DNA of 64,000 nucleotides from Escherichia coli (GTDB lineage Bacteria; Pseudomonadota; Gammaproteobacteria; Enterobacterales; Enterobacteriaceae): NCBI RefSeq assembly GCF_003019035.1, contig NZ_CP027447.1; one strand, 5' to 3'. Shown piece by piece: positions 62,161 to 64,000 of this stretch (position 1 is its first letter; each line of letters starts with the position of its first letter). The notes under the pieces were generated by a model. It saw only the letters and a program-made list of their open reading frames with translations, ran no database searches and was not told where the DNA came from. The position numbers and the translations under genes were made by a program.

Positions 62161-62724
62161 ATGCTCAATGATAATAAAATTCGCACTGCATTAATAAATT
62201 TTTTACTGGCTAAAAAACCAGCGCCAGAAAGGATTATTGAAGAATTGCATATCGAGAACGGAAGAGCAATAGCTGATGTCGTAGCAGCATATAGTTATTT
62301 GCATTGCTACGAGATTAAAGGAGAGACTGATTCAATTGGAAGAATCCTTACTCAAGCTAATTATTATAATACTTCTTTCAACAAAATTACACTTGTAACT
62401 ACAAAAAATCATTTAACATGGGCATTAAAGCGTTCCCCATCCTTCTGGGGAATCATATTAGTAGAATTAAAAGATAATAACATTACTTTCAAATATATAA
62501 GGGGGGCTAAAGATAATATTTTCTTCAGAAAAGAAAATGCTTTCATGATGTTATGGAAGGACGAAATGTTGAAGGTAGCAAATGAAGCCTCTGTACCAGT
62601 TAAAAGATCACACACGAGGATGGAAATAGCCGAAATGCTTAGTAGTTCGCTTAAGAAAAGTGATGCTTTGCAAACTATACAAAGCATCATATCTAATCGA
62701 CTAAAATTAAGGGATGCAGTGTAA
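62161..62724 (+). CDS. Hypothetical protein (187 aa), possible partner of the Beta-protein-like gene
   Basis: ATG at 62161 with GGAGG 5 nt upstream (track ORF starts at 62149); 3' end overlaps the convergent gene by 18 bp. Confidence 0.55.
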   Translation: MLNDNKIRTALINFLLAKKPAPERIIEELHIENGRAIADVVAAYSYLHCYEIKGETDSIGRILTQANYYNTSFNKITLVTTKNHLTWALKRSPSFWGIILVELKDNNITFKYIRGAKDNIFFRKENAFMMLWKDEMLKVANEASVPVKRSHTRMEIAEMLSSSLKKSDALQTIQSIISNRLKLRDAV

Positions 62725-63795
62725 AACAAACTTAATATGTGAAGTCAGCATGGCTTTAATCCAGGATGAGGGATTACCTGCTTTATCTGGTTTTTTAGGC
62801 GAATAACTACTTCTATCATAAACATATTGTTCCCCATATGAGAATGTAGTTGCCCTGAAGAATTTTTGGTCATGGATTATTGTGGCAATATCATAATATT
62901 GACCATTTCCTCTCTCATCATTCTGGAAAGATCCACCTCTAACACAAAACATATTATTCTTATACGTATAAAATACTTTTGGTGCGGAAACTTTTCTAAA
63001 TAGCTTCGGATCTAAATCTATATCAGAATAATCAGGGCTAACAATTCCATAATCCCCGTATATAATATTACCAATTTTCTTTTCGTTAACTAATGTGTCC
63101 CAAATTTTCCACTCCGCTCTCGTGAACGATTTTCTTTGATAGGTTTCAAGTAATGAGGAAATATTAGCCGGTATCGAAGAGGCTGATATAATGCACTTAT
63201 CAAAGTGAAAGTCTTTATTTACATTTAGAATAAAGTATTCAGCCATGTCAGTTAGTCGCTTTATGTCAGTTGGCTGAATGTATCGTAGATCTATAATTAA
63301 GTGCAATTGTTCTACTTTCAGATTTCTAATGATTACCATCATCTTCAAGAGATGCATTTTTGTTATTTTATAGCTCTCAATATCTTCAGCAACTAACCTT
63401 ATGGCTAATTTCCCTCCGTTAATTGATAGGCTATCGTAAACACTTTTATTGTGTTTCTCTAATCGGTTGATACCGATCACAGGAATATATAAGTAATCAC
63501 GAAAAAGAGATAGTATATATTCGTATTGCTCCACTCCATCAATTAATATTTCATCATCCAGGTCATAATTATCTATGTAAAATTCCATGTTTTTAAATAA
63601 AGCTTTATTATCCAATCTCTTTTTGAAAGAATGAGCTTTATTCAATACATTTTCCATTGTTTGATTATTTGATTCTCTTGGTATATCGAAGAATGGAGTG
63701 ATTTGTGTGAAGATTGTAGCATCTTTTTTGTAAAGCTCTTCGAGGGCTTGAGTTTCGTTGCTTTTTGCTTTTAAAAATGGGATATATTTACTCAT
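62707..63795 (-). CDS. Beta-protein-like (sce7725-like) protein, about 362 aa
   Basis: N-terminus MSKYIPFLKAKSNETQALEEL resembles the conserved N-terminus of the Beta_protein family as I recall it; start ATG at 63795 overlaps the stop of the upstream ORF. Confidence 0.5.
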   Translation of the reverse strand: MSKYIPFLKAKSNETQALEELYKKDATIFTQITPFFDIPRESNNQTMENVLNKAHSFKKRLDNKALFKNMEFYIDNYDLDDEILIDGVEQYEYILSLFRDYLYIPVIGINRLEKHNKSVYDSLSINGGKLAIRLVAEDIESYKITKMHLLKMMVIIRNLKVEQLHLIIDLRYIQPTDIKRLTDMAEYFILNVNKDFHFDKCIISASSIPANISSLLETYQRKSFTRAEWKIWDTLVNEKKIGNIIYGDYGIVSPDYSDIDLDPKLFRKVSAPKVFYTYKNNMFCVRGGSFQNDERGNGQYYDIATIIHDQKFFRATTFSYGEQYVYDRSSYSPKKPDKAGNPSSWIKAMLTSHIKFVLHCIP

Positions 63796-64000
63796 TGAAA
63801 CCAAGCTCCCTTCTGACATCAATTGAATTAACTAAACTTGAGAAGATAACATAATTTTTGTGTTTATTTCTTACCGCACCAGCAGCGATTATTGGGTGTA
63901 TATTAAATCTTTCGCAGACAGATATTAGACTATCAGGTTCATTAAATGTCCGAAAGACAGCTCTATTTGCTTCTCTGGGTATCAGACTATCAGCTGCGGC
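63788..64000 (-). CDS. Hypothetical protein, C-terminal 70 aa only (5' end beyond window)
   Basis: Open frame from the window edge ending ...VNSIDVRRELGFNE-stop; its TAA overlaps the downstream ATG (AATGAGTAA), suggesting translational coupling. Confidence 0.4.
   Translation of the reverse strand, partial: AAADSLIPREANRAVFRTFNEPDSLISVCERFNIHPIIAAGAVRNKHKNYVIFSSLVNSIDVRRELGFNE

Larger units (their letters stand above)
53725..64000. mobile_element. leuX-associated AT-rich integrative mobilizable element; right boundary beyond the window
   Basis: Begins just 3' of tRNA-Leu; P4-type integrase, alpA, rep, mobC/relaxase and cargo genes; base composition markedly lower in GC than flanking core genes by eye. 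Confidence 0.75.

Noticed and set aside
53725-64000. Search for the second att site (direct repeat of the leuX 3' end, TTCGAGTCCGGCCTTCGGCACCA) to delimit the island
   Set aside because: No copy seen within the window by eye; the island boundary is presumably beyond 64000, so the element is reported as partial.

Overview
This window is an Escherichia coli chromosomal segment that is collinear with the K-12 region tamA-tamB-ytfP-chpSB-ppa-ytfQRT-yjfF-fbp-mpl-yjgA-pmbA-cybC-nrdGD-treCBR-mgtLA-ridA-pyrIBL-yjgH-bdcAR-tabA-yjgL-argI-rraB-yjgMN-valS-holC-pepA-lptFG-yjgR-idnRTODK-ahr-leuX. Gene calls rest on recognised protein sequences and gene order, read from the ORF track and the raw sequence; no database search was run. 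Downstream of tRNA-Leu (leuX, 53640..53724) the sequence is visibly AT-rich and does not look like the K-12 KpLE2 content as far as I recall it. It reads as an integrative mobilizable element: a P4-type integrase, an orphan gene, alpA, a putative Rep plus HTH gene, a MobC/relaxase pair with a candidate oriT hairpin, and several cargo genes of unknown function. The most interesting cargo is at the window edge (62161..64000): a gene whose N-terminus resembles the Beta-protein (sce7725-like) family, apparently translationally coupled to an upstream gene that runs off the window, with a convergent 187-aa gene overlapping its 3' end. I regard this, the orphan gene between int and alpA, and a divergent small-protein/membrane-protein pair as candidate uncharacterised defence or conflict modules. 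All island functions are inferences from motifs and context.
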